Shown here in pieces: positions 1 to 18,646 of a stretch of DNA of 64,000 bases. Origin of the DNA: the human T2T-CHM13v2.0 reference genome, Homo sapiens; the NCBI RefSeq assembly GCF_009914755.1, contig NC_060933.1; one strand, written 5' to 3'. Position numbers and translations under genes: made by a program. The notes below the pieces were generated by a model. It was not told where the DNA came from, did no database searches, and saw only the letters and a list, made by a program, of their open reading frames with translations. Position 1 is the stretch's first letter; each line of letters begins with the position of its first letter.

Positions 1-644
1 TGCCCACCTCCAGCTTCTGGCAACCATCATTCTACTCTCTGCTTTTGTGAATTCAGCTTTTTAGAATTCCACATGTAACAGATCATGTAGTCTTTGTCCT
101 TCTGTGCCTGGCTTATTCCACTTAGCATCTTGTCCTCCAGGTTCATCTATGTTGTCACAAATGGTAAGATTTCCTTCTTTTTTTAAGGCTGAATTTACAA
201 TAGAATATTGTACAATAGAATACTATTGTACAATAGAATACTGCTGCAATGAACATACATAGGACAGATATCTCAGATATCACTTTGAGATACTGATCTC
301 ATTTCCTTTGACTATATACCCAGAAGTGGTAATGCTGGGTCATATGGTAGTTCCATTTTTAATTATTTGAGGAACTGCCATACTGTTTTCCATAATGGCT
401 GTACTAATCTACATTCCCACCAATAGTGTACAAGGGTTTCCTTTTCTCTATATCCCCACCGACACTGGGTATCTTTTGTCTTTTTGATCATAACCATTTG
501 ACAAGTGTGAGACAACATCTCTGTGGTTTTGCTTTGCATTTCTTTGGTGATTGGTGATGTTGAGCACCTTTGCAAATACCTGTTGGCCATTTGTATGTCT
601 TCTTTGGAAAAATGTCTATTCTGGTCCTTTGCCATTTTTAAATT

Positions 645-938
645 TATTATTTTAAGGATAAGGTCTCAGTCTGTTGCCCAGGCTGGAGCGCAGTGGTGCA
701 CTCATAGCTCATTGCAGTTACAAACTCTTGAGCTCAAGCAATTCTCCTACCTTAGCCTGCAAAGTAACTAGGACTATCGGCACACACCACCACACCTGGT
801 TATTTATTTATTTTTTTTTTGTAGAGACGAGGTCTCATCATGTTGTCCAGGCTGGTCTTGAACTCCTGGCCTCAAGCAATTCTCCTGCCTCAGCATCCAA
901 AAGCCCTGGGATTATACGTGTGAGTCACCCTACCCACC
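645..938 (-). mobile_element. Alu (old, AluJ-like)
   Basis: Diverged dimeric Alu on minus strand inside the L1. Confidence 0.85.
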
Positions 939-3659
939 CTATTTTGTTTTTTTTGCTATTGAATTGTTTGAATTCCTTATATATTTGGATACTACCCCTT
1001 ATGAGATGTATGGTTTGCAAATATTTTCTCCCACTCCATAGGTGGTCTCTTCATTCTGTTGATTTTTTTTGTTTGTTTGTATGTTTGTTTGTTTTGCTGT
1101 GCAGAACCACTTAATGCAGCAATTCCTCTTGTCTATCATTCTATCTTTGCTTTTGTTGCCTATGTTTTTGGGGTCCTATCCCAGACCAATGTCAAGCTTT
1201 TCCCTAAGTTTCCTTTTAGTACTTTTACATTATTAGGTTTTACATTTAAGTCTTTAATCGCATCTTGAGTTGATTTTTTTATATGACGTAGATAAGGGTC
1301 CAGTTACATTCTTCTGCTCGTGGATATCTACTTTTCCCAACACCATTTATTGAAGAGACTACTTTTTTCCCATTGCATGAGCTTAGCATTCTTATTGAAA
1401 ATCAGTTGATCATAAATGTGTAGATTTATTTTGTGGCTCTCTATTTTGTTCCACTGGTCTATATTCTATTTTTACTCTAGCATCATACTGTTTTGATTAC
1501 TGTAGATTTATAATATATTTTGAAATAAGGAAATGTGATGTCCCCAGCTTTGTTCTTTTTGTTCAAGATTGCTATGGCTATTCAAGGTCTTTTGTGGTTT
1601 CATATGAATTTTAGAATTGTTTTTTCTTTTTCTGTGAAAATTGCTATTAAAATATTGATGGCGATTACATTGAATCTGTATATCACTTTGGATATATACA
1701 TTTTAACTATATTAATTCTTCCAATCCATGAACACAGAATATTTTTCCTTTTATTTGTGTCTTTTTCAGTTTCTTTTATTAAAGCTTTATGGTTTTCAGA
1801 GTACAGATCTTCAATCTCTTTGGTTAGATTTATTCCTAAGTATATTATTCTTTCTGAAGCTCTGGTAAATGGAATTGTTTTTAAACTTCTTGTTTGGATA
1901 GTTCATTGTTACTGTATAAAAAGCAACTGATTTTTTATATGTTGATTTTGTATCCTGCAACTTTACTAAATTTATTCTTCAGTCCTAACGGTTTTTGGTG
2001 GCGTCTTTAAGATTTTCTATATATAAGGTGATGTCATCTGCAAACAGAAAATATTTTACTTTATTCTGATTTTGATGTCTTTTTTTTTTTTTTTTTTTTT
2101 TTTTGCCTAATTGCTCTGGCTAGGACTTCTAGTGCTATGTTGGATAAAAGTGGTGGAAAGTGGGCATCCTTATCTTGTTTCTGATCTTAGAGAAATAGCT
2201 GTTTTCAGTCTTTCACAATTGAATATGATGTTAGCCTACAGCTTGTCATATGAGGTCCTTATTTTGTTGAAGTACATTATTCTGTTCCTACTTTGTATCA
2301 CAAAAATGTTGAATTTTGTCAAATGTACTTTCTACATCTATTGAGTTGATCATATAATTTTTATCCTTCATTTTGTTAATGTGGTATACCATATTTCTTG
2401 ATTTGAGTATGTTGAACCATGATTGCATGCAGAGATAAATTTCACTTGATCACAGTATATGATCCTTTTAATGTACTCTTGAATTCAGTTTTCTAGTACT
2501 TTATTGTGGATTTTTCCATCTATGTTCATCAGGGATGTTGGCCTGTAATTTTCTTTTCTTGTAGTGCTCTTGTCTGGCTTTGGTAACCAGGATAATGCTG
2601 GCTTCATAAAAGGGGTTTGGAATGTTTCCTCCTCTTCAATTTTTTTGTAAGTTTGAGGAGGATTGGCATTAATTATTTAAATGTTTGGTATAATTCACCA
2701 GTGAAGCCATATATTCTTGGGCTGTTCTTTGTGGAGAGTTTTTTCACTAATTCAATCTCCATACTCATTTTTGGCCTGTTCAGATTTTCTGTTTTTTCAC
2801 GGCTCTTGGTAGGTTGTAGGTTCCCAGGAATTTATCCACATCATCCAGACTATTCAAATTGTTGGCATATAATTGTTCATAGTAGTCTCTTATGATCTTT
2901 TATACTTCTGTGGCATTGGTTATAATGTCTCCTCTTTCATTTATAAATTTATTTACATGTGTCTGCTTTTTTTCTTGGATAGTCTAGCTACAGGTTTGTC
3001 CATTTTATTTACCTTTTCAAAAATTCAACTCAGTTTTGATTTTGTATTGTCTTTCTAGCTTTTATTTTTCTTATTTGTACACTAATCTTTATTATTTCCT
3101 TCCTCTGCTAACTTAAGGCTTAATTTATTCATATTTTTCTAGTTCCTTGAGGTGCAAAGTTAGATTGTTTATTTGAGATTTTCTTTTTTCTTAATGTAGA
3201 CATTTGTCATTATTAACTTCTCTCTTAAAACTGCTTTTGGTGCATCTCATAAGTTTTGGTATATTGTGGCACTATTTTCATTTGTCTCAAGAGATTTTTT
3301 ATTTGCCTTTTGATTTCCATTTTGATCTATTGGTTGTGCGGGAGTGTGTTGTTTAATTTCTTCATATTTGTGAATTTTCTGATTTTCTTTCTGTTATTTA
3401 TTTCTAGTTTCATACCAGTGTGATTGAAAAAGATATACTTGATAAGATTTCAATGTTCTTAAATCTGTTAACAAAAAGAATCTGTTGTTTTGTGGCCCAA
3501 CATATTATCTATCTTAGAGAATGATCTGTGTGCACTTGAGAAGAATGTATATTTTGCTGCTGTTGGATGGAATATTTTGTATGTATCTGTTAGGCCCATT
3601 TGGTCTACAGTGTTACTCAAGATTCAAGTCCACCGTTTCTTTATTGATTTATTTTTCTT

Positions 3660-4275
<616 letters not shown>

Positions 4276-5981
4276 TGGTTTTCTTTTTGGATGATCTATC
4301 CATTGTTGAAAGGGAGAAAATAAAGTCCCCTAATATGACCATATTGCTGTATATTTCTTCCTTCAGTTCTGTTAATATTTGCTTTATATATTTAGGTACT
4401 CTGATGTTGGTTGCATATATATTTACAATTGTTATACCTTCTGATGAATTGATCCCTTTATCATTGTATAATGACATTTTTTTGTGTCTTGCAGTAGTTT
4501 TTGACTTAAAGTTTTCTGCTATAACTATAGCCACCCCTGCTCTCTTTTGGTTGCTATTTGCATGAAATATCTTTTTCCATCCTTTCAGTTTGAGCTAATG
4601 TGTGTCCTTAAAGCCAGAGTGAGTTCCTTGGAGGCAGCATATAGCTGAATCTTGTTTTTATATCCACTCAATCACTCTATTTCAAGCACTCTATTTTTTT
4701 CATTACAAACTTTAATTCATTTACATTTAAAGTAAGTATTGATAGATAAGGACTTAATACACCATTTTGTTAACTATTTTGTGTTTGTTTTGCGGTATCT
4801 TTGTTCCTTCCTTTCTTGATGTCTCTTCTGTGATTTCATAATTTTTTTGTTGTGGTATGCTGTAATTCCTTCCTTTTTATCTTTTGTGTATCTACCAGAG
4901 ATTTTTTCTATGTGGTTACCATGAGGCTTACATAAAACATCTTATAGTTATAAGCTGATAACAATTTAACTGCAATACAAAAAAAAATCTATATTTTACT
5001 TCCTTTCATCCTCACATTTTATGTTATTGACATCCCAATTTATACCTCTTCATATTGCATATCTATAATGTTATTGTAGCTTAATTTTTTTTACTACTTT
5101 TGTCTTTTAACTTTTATGCTATAGTCAAAAGTGATTTATGAACCACCATTATAGTATTAAAGTATTCTGAATTTGACTATATACTTACCTTTACCAGTGA
5201 TTTTTATACTTTCATATGTTTTCATGTTACTAATTAGCATCCTTTCATTTCAACTTAAAAATTTTCCTTTAGTATTTCCTGTAAGGAAGATATAATGGTG
5301 ATGAATTCCCACAACTTTTGTTTAGGAAAGTCTTTATCTCTCCTTCATTTATGAAAGACAACTTTCCTAGACATAATATTCGTAGTTGGCAGTTTTTTCT
5401 TTCAACACTTTGAATATACCATCCCATTCTTTCCTGGCCTGCAAAATTTTTGCTCAGAAGTCTGGTAATAGGCTCAAGAAGTTTCCCTTGTATGTGATGA
5501 GTCACTTTTCTCCTGCTGTTTTCAAAATTCTCTCTTTGTCTTTATCTTTTGATAATTGGATTATAATGTGACTCAGTATAATCTTCTTTGGGTTGATCTT
5601 ATTTGAAGAGCTTTTAGCTTCATGAATCTGGATGTCCATTTCCCTCCCAAAATTTGGGAAGTTTTCAGCCATTATTTTTTTAAATACATTTTATTCTCCT
5701 TTCTCTTTCTCTTTTACTTGTGAGAATCCCATAATGTATATATTAATTCACTTGATGGTGTCCAGTAAATTCTGTAGGCTTTCTTCACTATTTTTTTTCT
5801 TTTTTCTTCTCTGACTAATTTCAAATAGCCTGTCTTCAAGTTCGCAGATTCTTTCTTCTGTTTGATCGAGTCTACTGTTGAAGCTCTCTATTGCATTCTT
5901 CATTTCATTCATTGCATTATTTAGCTCCAAATTTTCTGTTTGGTTATTTTTAAAGATTTATGTCTCTTTGTTGAACTTCTA

Positions 5982-6271
5982 GGCTGAGTATGGTGGCTCA
6001 GGCATGTAATTCCAGCACTTTTGGAGGCCAAGGCAAGCAGATTGCTTGAGCCAGGAGTTTGAGACCAGCCTGGGCAACATGGCGAAACCCCATCCCTACA
6101 AAAAACACAAAAATTAGCCAGACATGGTGGTGCATACATGTTGTCTCCGCTACTAGGGAGGCTGACGTGGGAGGATCACTTGAGCTTAGGATGTTGAGGC
6201 TGCAGTGAGCCATGATTGTGCCACTCACTCCAGCCTAGGCAACAGAGGAAGACCCTATCTCAAAAAAAAAG
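5982..6271 (+). mobile_element. Alu (AluJ-like)
   Basis: Alu consensus match with A-tail, inside the L1 ORF1 region. Confidence 0.9.
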
Positions 6272-6751
6272 AACTTTCAGCTTTGTTAATGTATTGTTTT
6301 CTTCGTTTTGTAGTGTTCTCTATTTGTGTTCTCTTGTAGCCTGCTGAGCTTTTAAAAAACAATTACTTGAAATTTTGTCAGGCAATTTGTAGATCTCTAT
6401 TTCTTTGGGAATGGTTACTGGAAAAGTATTGTGTTTCTTTTTTAGTGTTGTGTTTCCTTAACTTTTTGTGTTTCTTGAAGTCTTGTATTGTTACATTCAT
6501 ATTTGAAGAGGCAGGCATTTCCCCCAGTTTCCACTGAATGGCTTTGGGAAAGAAAAATCTTCACCAGTCAGCCCAGCTAGGGATTCAGGGAGTCTCTCAG
6601 ACCTTTTCCATGGATCTGCCAACTCCAGTCCTCTTGCTTTCTCTTGGCGAAGGGAGGATAAGGGGAGTGTTAGGACTGTGTGTCTTCTCTCAATCTCACA
6701 AAGCCAGGCCATGTGCTGAGGGCTGTCTGTTTATTTTCCCAAGTACAGTGG

Positions 6752-8997
6752 TTTATTAGTCTGTTCTCATACTGCTATGAAGAAATCCCCAAGATTGAGT
6801 AATTTATAAATGAAAGAGGTTTAATTGACTCACAGTTCTGCATTGCTGGGGAGGCCTCAGGAAACCCACAACCATGGCAGAAGACACCTCTTAACAAGGC
6901 AGCGGGAGAGAGAATGAGTAACAGCAGGGGAAATGCCAGTCGCTTATAAAACCATCGCATCTCTTGGGCCTTACTCACTGTCATGAGAACAGCGTGGGGA
7001 AACTGCCCCCATGATCCAATTGCCTCTACCTAGTCCCTCCCATGACAAGTGGGGATATGGGAACTACAAATAAAGATGAGATTTGGGTGGGGACACAGCC
7101 AAACCATATCATTCTGCCCCTGACCCCTCCCAAATCTCATATCCTCACATTTCAAGACACAATCATGCCCTTCCAACTGTCCCCCAAAGTCTTAACTCAT
7201 TCCAGTATTAACCAAAAAGTCCAAGTCCAAAGTCTCAACTGAGATGAAACAAGTCCCTTCTGCCTATGAGCCTGTAAAGTCAAAAGCAAGTTAGTTACTT
7301 CCTAGATACAATGCGGTACAGGCATTGGGTAAATACATTTATTCCAAATGAGAGAAATTGGCCAAAACGAAGGGGCTAAAGGCCCCATGCAAGTCCAAAA
7401 TCCAATAGGGCAGTCATTAAATCTTTAAGTTACAAAATGATCACCTTTGACTCACATCCAGGTCATACTGAGGCAAGAGGTGAGCTCCCATGGCTTTGGG
7501 AAGCTCCACCCTTGTGGCTTTGCAGAGTACAGCCCCACCTCCTGGCTGCTTTCACAGGCTGGTGTTGAGTGCCTGCAGCTTTTCCAGGTACATGGTGCAA
7601 GCTGTCAGTGGATCTACCATTCTGGGGTCTGGAGGATGGTGGCCCTCTTCTCACAGCTCCACTAGGCAGTGGGGACTCTGTGTGGGGCTCCAACCCCCAC
7701 ATTTCCCTTCTGCACTACCCTAGCAGAAGTTCTCCATGAGGGTTCCACCCCTACAGCACACTTCTGCTTGGACATCCAGGCATTTCCATATATCCTCTGA
7801 AATCTAGGTGGAGGTACCCAAACCTCAATTCTTGACTTCTGTGCACCCACAGGCTCAACACCAAGCGGAAGCTGCCAAGGCTTGGTGCTTGCACCCTCTG
7901 AAGCAATGGCTCAAGCTGTACCTTGGCCTCTTTTAGCCATGGCTGGAGCTGAAGCAGCTGGGATGCAGAGCACCATGTCCTGAGGCTGCACAGAGCAGTG
8001 TGTACCTGGGCCTGGCCCAGGAAAGCATTTTTCCCTCCTACGCCTCAGAGCCTGTGATGGGAGGGGCTGCCATGAAGGTCTCAGACATGCCCTGGAGACA
8101 TTTTCCCCATTGTCTTGGTGATTAACATTTGACTTGTTACTTATGCAAATTTCTGCAGCTGGCTTGAATTTCTCCCCAGAAAATGGGTTTTTCTTTCCTA
8201 TCACATTGTCAGGCTACAAACTTTCCAAACTTTTATGCTCTGCTTCCTCTTGAATGCTTTGCTGCTTAGCAATTTCTTCTGCCAGATACCTTAAATCATC
8301 TCTCTCAAGTTCAAATTTCCACAGATCTCCAGGGCAAGGGAAAAACGCTGCCACTTTCTTTGCTAAAGCATAGCAAGAATCTCCCTTGCTCCAGTTCTGA
8401 AGAGGTTCTTCATCTCCATCTGAGACCACTTCACCTGAACTTCATTGTCCATATCACTACCAGCATTTTGGTCAAAACCATTCGACAAGTCTTTAGAAAG
8501 TTCTACACTTTCCCACATCTTCCTGTCTTCTTCTGAGTCCTCCAAACTGTTCCACTCTCTGCCTGTTACCCAGTTCCAAAGTTGCTTCCACGTTTTCGGG
8601 TATCTTTATAGCAGCAACCCACCCTTGGTACCAATTTACTGTATTAATCTGTTCTCACACTGCTATGAAGAAATACTTACCTGAGACTGGGTAATTTATA
8701 AAGGAAAGAGGTTTGATTGACTTACAGTTCTGCATTGCTGGGGAGGCCTTAGGAAACCCACAATCATGATGAAGGCACCTCTTCACAGGGTAGCAGGAGA
8801 GGAATGAGTGCCAGCAGGGGAAATGCCAGACACTTATAAAAACATCAGAGCTCATGAGACTCACTATCACAAGAAAAGCATGGCGGAAACTGCCTCCATG
8901 ATCCAATTACCTCCACCTGGTCCCTCCCAAGATACATGGTGATATGGGAACTAACTTGAAGATGAGATTTCAGTGGGGAAACAGTCAAACCACATCA
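6752..8997 (-). mobile_element. Complete ERVL-MaLR (THE1/MST-type) provirus: LTR 6752-7111, internal 7112-8639, LTR 8640-8997
   Basis: Two ~360-bp homologous LTRs; minus strand begins TGATATGGTTTGGCTGTGTCCCCACCC; 5-bp TSD AGTGG at 6747-6751 and 8998-9002; MaLR-int ORF remnants (NWSKGDSCYALAK..., DLWKFELERDDL). Confidence 0.92.
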
Positions 8998-10378
8998 AGT
9001 GGCCTGTGGTGTTCAAGGTTAAGTGCCTTCTCCTAATTCTGCAGAGTTGAGCTGGCTATCTACAGGTGTTCTTGCATGATCTGAAGAGACTTGTACACTG
9101 GCTGTAGGAGTGCATGGGGAGCACTGGCTATGGAAGTTGTGCGGAGTTCTGGGGGCACATGTGAGCTAGTTGGGGGGATAGTCCACATTCTGTAAGGTTT
9201 GTGTGTGAGCCTCTTGATGAAATTCGCAAGGTGGTTGGTAGAAACTGTGGCCCTTTGCTAAGTCCCATGTTCCAGTTGCTATGAGCTTCCACCACTTTTC
9301 CCTGTTCCTAGCTACTCAAAGACTATTTAGCTGTACCAATCCCTTCAGTGTTTAGGGTGGAGTGAAAAGAAAGTGCACCTCCCACATGGCTGGGGAAGCC
9401 AGGTACTAGTACACTACACTTTCACTTTCATCTTTCCCTGCAGGAGAAATCACAGGCTAAGAGGGCCTCTCTTGTCACTGGGCTGTGCCTTTGGGGGAAG
9501 GTTGATGCAAGTAAAGTGAAACTGTTTTTCTTACCCATTTTTCTATTGCTAGTCTCAGATTTTTTGCTCCTATGGGGTGCTGGAGCCTTTTTGCTGGACT
9601 TCCAGGCTTCCAGAAAGGTATTGTTGGCAATGGGCAGTTGCCAAAATTGGTGTGTCTGTGGAAGGCTAAGGACTCAAAACTCCTATTCTCACTGATGTCA
9701 CTTCTCAGTAAGTTGGTTTGTGAGTAATAAAATTAATATCTTCTTTTTATTTTTGCCCCAATATTTGTTTCTTAATTTTTAATTTTAATTTTAATTTTTC
9801 TTTTAAGTTTCACATATACCCGGTTTACAGGGTCAAATCATTAGAAAATCAAATAATTAGTAGATTTTCCTTCTTATCCAGCATACTGAAGACTTCATAT
9901 TTATACCAAAAAACAAATTTTTTAATATACCAAAATAAACAGACATTCCATTCTCTGAAGTCCTTGTGTGGATTCAACTGCTTACTAAGCAACTAACATA
10001 AAATATGAAATAAGTCTAATCATAACAAGTTAAAACAATGTTCTACCTTTAGAAATTTATTTAGAAATTTATATTAAGTACACATGATTCAAAGATTTTA
10101 GTAGTATTAATACTTATTCCTAGAAAGGATATATAATATTCTTCTGAGTATCTTTAAAACTGGATTAAAGGAAGGTGTCTTCTTATTTTTCTATTTTTCC
10201 TGCTTCCTGTTAGCTATTTTTAAAAATATTTTATTTGTTAGTTTGAAAGTTACTAATGAGACAAGCCAACACTCAGGATAATGCTTTTCTAGTTATCTGT
10301 TCCTTCTCATGACTGTTCCCTGAGAAAATCCAATTATCTTCTTCTATCACCACCATTTCACTCCCCACACCCTACAAC

Positions 10379-10583
10379 CAGTGGCATGATGGAGTTGGCC
10401 CAGGAAGACCTGTTTTCCCCCATGGTTAAATTATTATAAATCCTGTGAGCCTGTTACTAAACAGTTGGTAGCTTGAAATCTGACACTGGAAGAGTATTTA
10501 CACCAAGGAAATTGGCCAATTCTACTAGGGCTTCCTCCACTCCTCCCAGAGCCCATTGTTAAATATTCACTTAGAACACCACT
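10379..10583. mobile_element. MER63-like hAT DNA transposon MITE
   Basis: CAGTGG...CACCACTG termini; internal GTTGGTAGCTTGAAATC...GAGTATTTACACC matches recalled MER63 consensus. Confidence 0.65.
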
Positions 10584-10586
10584 GCA

Positions 10587-10881
<295 letters not shown>

Positions 10882-12399
10882 AGAACACCACTGCCTACAA
10901 ATGCTCAGCCAAAAAGCAAAGTCCATCTTGAGCTACTGTTTATAAACAATAGGAGTAGCAAGCCCTCTCGTGGCTATTATCAGAATTGCAGAGGATAAGG
11001 AGATAAGGTAAAAAGATCAAGATTTCATCCCAAATATGTTTTATATAAGGCTTTAGAATGATAGTGTTGATTGTTGTAGTTTAATATCTCCTGCCTCTGT
11101 GCAAACTTTTCTCAAACTACCCAAAAAACACCACTTAGGTTTCCCTTTCTCATGAGTTGTAAATATCTCCTTAGTAAGAGTAGGCTTTTCTTTGTGTCCC
11201 TATAGCAAAGACTGTATTATTCACTTTTAAGGACATGCATTTTCTGTGGGTTACTGTGGGCATGTCACAGGAAAGGTTGTGTGTTTTGAAACTGTCTGTG
11301 TATCTTAGCCATACAATTAAGCCATATGAGGAATGCAAACCAGTCACCACTGCATATTAAAACACAAACCACATCAGATTACCCTCCTGCTTAGCAGGCC
11401 TCAATGGTTTCCTGTTGTATCTAAAATAAAATCCAGATACTTCACCAAACCCCATGGATCCTCGGTGGCCTAGCTCCTGCCGTGTCTCCTGCTCTGCTTT
11501 TCCTTACTGTCCCCTTCCCGTTATACAAATGTTAGGGCAAAGGCCACTCCTCAGTGGGGCCTTTTCTGGACACCTGCTCTGAACCAATGCCCACCCACCC
11601 ACCCATCTGTTAATTGGTCACATCATCAGGCTTGGTTTTCTTCCCACCACTTATCTCCACCCAAAATCATCCTATTTGCTTACGTGTTGAATCTGACCCA
11701 CCCAGTGGAAGGGAAGCTGGAAGCTCAGTGTGGACAAGCCCTGGTCTGTCTTACACACAGTGTTTTCCCCATAACAGGCTCCTGGTGTGAGTCACGGGGA
11801 AAGCTACAGATGCCCACAGGCAAAAGAATTGGGAGCCCTACACCCATCTACCCTCCAACCCCAGCTCTTATTTGAGTGTAGAGTGAAAAACTGGCTCATT
11901 TTGCCCGGGACTGTCACTGTTTTACCATTAAAAGCCACCATCCTAGGAAATCCTTTACCCTCAGACAAATCTAGAATGGCTGGTCACCTTATATGTTATC
12001 TAGAATTGCTTTCTGGGATGATTTTGAAAAATAAATGACTTTTTTAAAATATAAAAGCTTCCTCTGAATAACAAAATTTAATTTGCAGATTATCCTTTAG
12101 CATTCTATAAAAAATATTATTTATTTTAGCAGAGTTGACTTTTCTTGGCATATACATTTGTATTTGTCTTAGCACTTAAAATATATATGAAGCATATTGT
12201 AAAAAAAAAGAAAAAGGATCATATTGTATTCACAGGTAATGCTTTTAATTTTAAATGTCATTGAAGAAATAATCTGGTACAAACATGGCACACATGACTC
12301 ATTGCTGGTAGGGTTAGAGACTTCCCACTTGAAGTCACTTTGATTCCTAAAATAAGTTTATTGATGTGTTTCTTTTACATTACATCTTCCTGATTTTAA

Positions 12400-12725
<326 letters not shown>

Positions 12726-13409
12726 CTTATTTTCAAAAGATATATTTTTCTTCATTTCTCCTTGAACTTGGAGGGAACACTGCCTCAAAAGAAGTACATT
12801 AACAACATTGGCTAAACCTTCTAAGTCGTCTAAATTAGGAAAGGATCGGTTGGCCTTCAGGTTACATTTATTAGAATGACTCACTGAAGGGAACAAATAT
12901 TTCAAAAGATAAAATGTAATTTTCAATTTAGTGAATTAAAATGCAACCACGTGTAATCTGAACTCACCCACATGATCAGTGTACAGAAGAGCTTTTGATC
13001 TGTATCATGTTGTTGAAAATTCATTAGAGGCCACGCAAGCATTTCTACTTGTTGGTTGTATCATCCTGTTGGCAGGAAGACAGCTAGCACTGAGGCCAAG
13101 GGCTGTGGAGGACAACAAGTAGTGACCAGGAATGCATATCATCCTATCTGCTGTTTCCAGTCCTCATTCTCACTTTTGTCAGGATTTCCATCTGTCCTCA
13201 GAAATCAGGAAGAACCAGCATCAGGGCAAAGAGTTCAGGGGCAGTATGCAAAGCTTTACTAGTTGACATGGACATTAATGTTGGAGAGGGAACCTGTGGA
13301 TCTCCTCATTTCCCTTCTCGATCGCTGTTGACTATATTCCAAGGCTAACAAAAGGTTTGCAAGACAAAATCTTGAGGACAAACCTTAAGTCTGTTAAAGT
13401 CACAGTCAT

Positions 13410-13585
13410 GACATTTCTCAAAGTGTGATCCAGTGAACATCCACAACCCGAAATCACATGGGGTGCTTATTAAGAATGCGGGTTTTCAGGTTCTGTTAAA
13501 TCAGAATCCCTCGGGGGCGGTCCCCAGGAACCTGCATTTGTAACAAATCCTTTGGGTGGTTCTGGCACATACTAGGGTTGAGGCT
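13410..13585. mobile_element. MER5-like hAT-Charlie MITE
   Basis: TTTCTCAAAGTGTG...CAGAATC...CCCAGGAACCTGCATTT.TAACAA pattern typical of MER5. Confidence 0.6.
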
Positions 13586-13596
13586 TCATGATCGTT

Positions 13597-13960
13597 TGCT
13601 ATGGTGTGAATGTGTCCGCCAAAATTCAGGAGTTGGAAAATTAATCCCAGTGCAGCAGTGTTGACGGGTGAAGCCTAAATGGGAGGTGCTTAGGTCATGA
13701 GGGCTCTGCCCTCATGAACAGATTAATGTGGTTCTAAAAAGGACTTGCAGAAGTGCGTTCTCTCTATTCTGCTCTTCTGCAATGTGAGGAGAGTTTTTGC
13801 CCTTTTGCCCTTCTATCTTCTGCCACGTGAGAACGCAGCAAGGCTCTCATCAGATGCTGGTGCCTTGATCTTGGATGCCCCAGCCTCCAGAACTGCAATA
13901 AATTTCTGTTCTTTATAGATTTCCCAGTGTCAGGTATTTTGTTATAGCAGTATGAAACAG
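13597..13960 (+). mobile_element. MST-type MaLR solo LTR
   Basis: TGCTATGGTGTGAATGTGTCC start; CCAGCCTCCAGAACTG.AATAAATTTCTGTTCTTTATA...GTTATAGCAG end. Confidence 0.75.
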
Positions 13961-14026
13961 GTCAAGACTTTCTCAATCTTTACAGCATAACTGATCAGGC
14001 GCAGTGGCTCACGCCTGTAATCCCAG

Positions 14027-15778
<1,752 letters not shown>

Positions 15779-17852
15779 CTAAAGACATCTAGGCAAATTT
15801 TCATCCTGGTAGCACCCATGGGGAACTCCCTTCTCAACCTCCTTTTCCATGGAAAAATATCCATGAGCCCTGAGGATTTGAAATTCAGTTCATACAAAAG
15901 CGCCTTCCTCACCTCATCTCGTGGGAAAAAAAACCTGTCTCCCGAGTAAACATTTCATATAAAATAGTACTCAAGTCACTCCTCTCCAAAAACTTCACCT
16001 GGCCTCTTGCTTTCACATGGACATTAAGAGGCTAGGCCTCAAGTCTGCCTTTTCCTTGAGCCTGCTTTTCTCTGACGCAGAAGGGGCCACTTGGCAGGTC
16101 TGGCAATCCCACGTTCCGAGACTGGAGCTCTACAAGCGGGACTTGGAGCTGCCTGTGGCTCTGTTATTCCTTACTCCTTGGTGATACTCTTCACTTTGGT
16201 AATATTTTAGTAGGTATTGTTAGAAAGTAAACCTTCATTGAATTCTCAGAAAGAGTAAACCACTAAAGCATAATGAAGTAAACTGACAGTAACTAATTTA
16301 TTATGTGTAACTACAGCACAGAATAATGCTACATAAGTTGGAATATAACAGTGGAGTTTAAAATGGATTTGGATTAAAAAGCACTAAGGACAAATAAAAT
16401 TTAAAAGAGCAAATAAATTTACATATTTGAAATACGTAATTTAAGTATTGTTTTTATAAATAGTTTCTACTTTATCATTTCACTGGTTGCCAGAATCATG
16501 TTTTAGACCAGCTAATTTTCAAATATCTCTGAAGACTACAGCTGGGACCTGAAAAGCATGAACAAGTTTAAGTGGAAAACAGCCAACATTTCCTGGAATA
16601 GAAGAGATGACCCTAGGCTGAAATCGAAGGCTTCCCACCTGTGTCCACGACACTCAGAAAAGTGATTTCCCATTGCCACTACCTGGGAAAAGGGCATTGC
16701 CTTCAAGAGCCACTCCAAGGAGGTTGCCAGTTCTAGAGAAGCTTGAGATACAAGTTCTAGCAATACTCTGCTCTGCTGGAAAATTCTAGTGTTGCAAATC
16801 TCAACAAATCAGCATGCTGGCAGAAATTTAGAGTAAAAGGTATCTGGATAGTGAGAATAAATAACATAAAATTATTTTACTATAATCCTCATAAGAGTCC
16901 CTCAAAACCATCCTCAGAGCACACTCACTCTTCTCACTTGGTTTTCTGTGGCTATTTAAGATCCCAAGTAGCACCAGAAGGAAAAGTGTAGGTGGGGACA
17001 GAGATATCCACTTAAGTAATAGACAAATGAATTTGCCAAAGATCAGACAAAGAAAAATCGTATCCATTAATACAATTAGGAGCTATTCAGTACCTTCTAC
17101 AAGCCAAGCATTGTGCAGGCCCTGGAGAGACAAAAAGGAACAGGACCTGATCTTGCCCTCAGGATATACACAACCTTATATGTTAAGACTAACATATAAA
17201 TGATTAACTTCAATACAACAGAAAAAAGTATCAATTATGGTTATTTGGTGCAGGTATTAACCTTGGCCTAACTGGAGCACAAAAGAAACTCACTGGAGCA
17301 GTAGTAAGTAACTCATGAAATTGTTGGTCAATCTGAACAATCAAGCCAAGGGGAGAGAGCCACAGAAACCCAAAATTCTCAGGAACGAGAATTCTTATAC
17401 TGTCACCTAAGGTTGCTGTGATTCTATCTGCCTTCCATCTCTGGGTGTCTCTACTCAAGATTCACTTTCCTGCAAAAAAAACCAAACAGCTGTTCTTATT
17501 CTAATTTGCATTATCACCTCCTGTGGTCCAGGAACAAAGACCCCTGGACTGGCAGCCCGAGAATCTCACAGGGTGAAGACTGAAGTTGGGAAAACCCTTG
17601 CCTTGCCAAAACACATCTAGAACCTTCTTTCCATACAAATATTCCCAAGAGGTTTCTAACCAAACATGGTTGTGCATTGCTTGTGAGCCTTCAGATTGAG
17701 CACCCCCCTGCTCCCCAGTGGAGCACAACCCAACACAACATCTCACAAGTGCATCCTGAGGTGAGATGTGATGCCAAGTTGGGGGCTACAGATTGAATTA
17801 TCTTGTTGGCAAACTGGGGACTCGGTGATGGCCAGGTGTGATTTATAAATAA

Positions 17853-18620
<768 letters not shown>

Positions 18621-18646
18621 GTCATCCAGTTTACCTGGAATATTTC

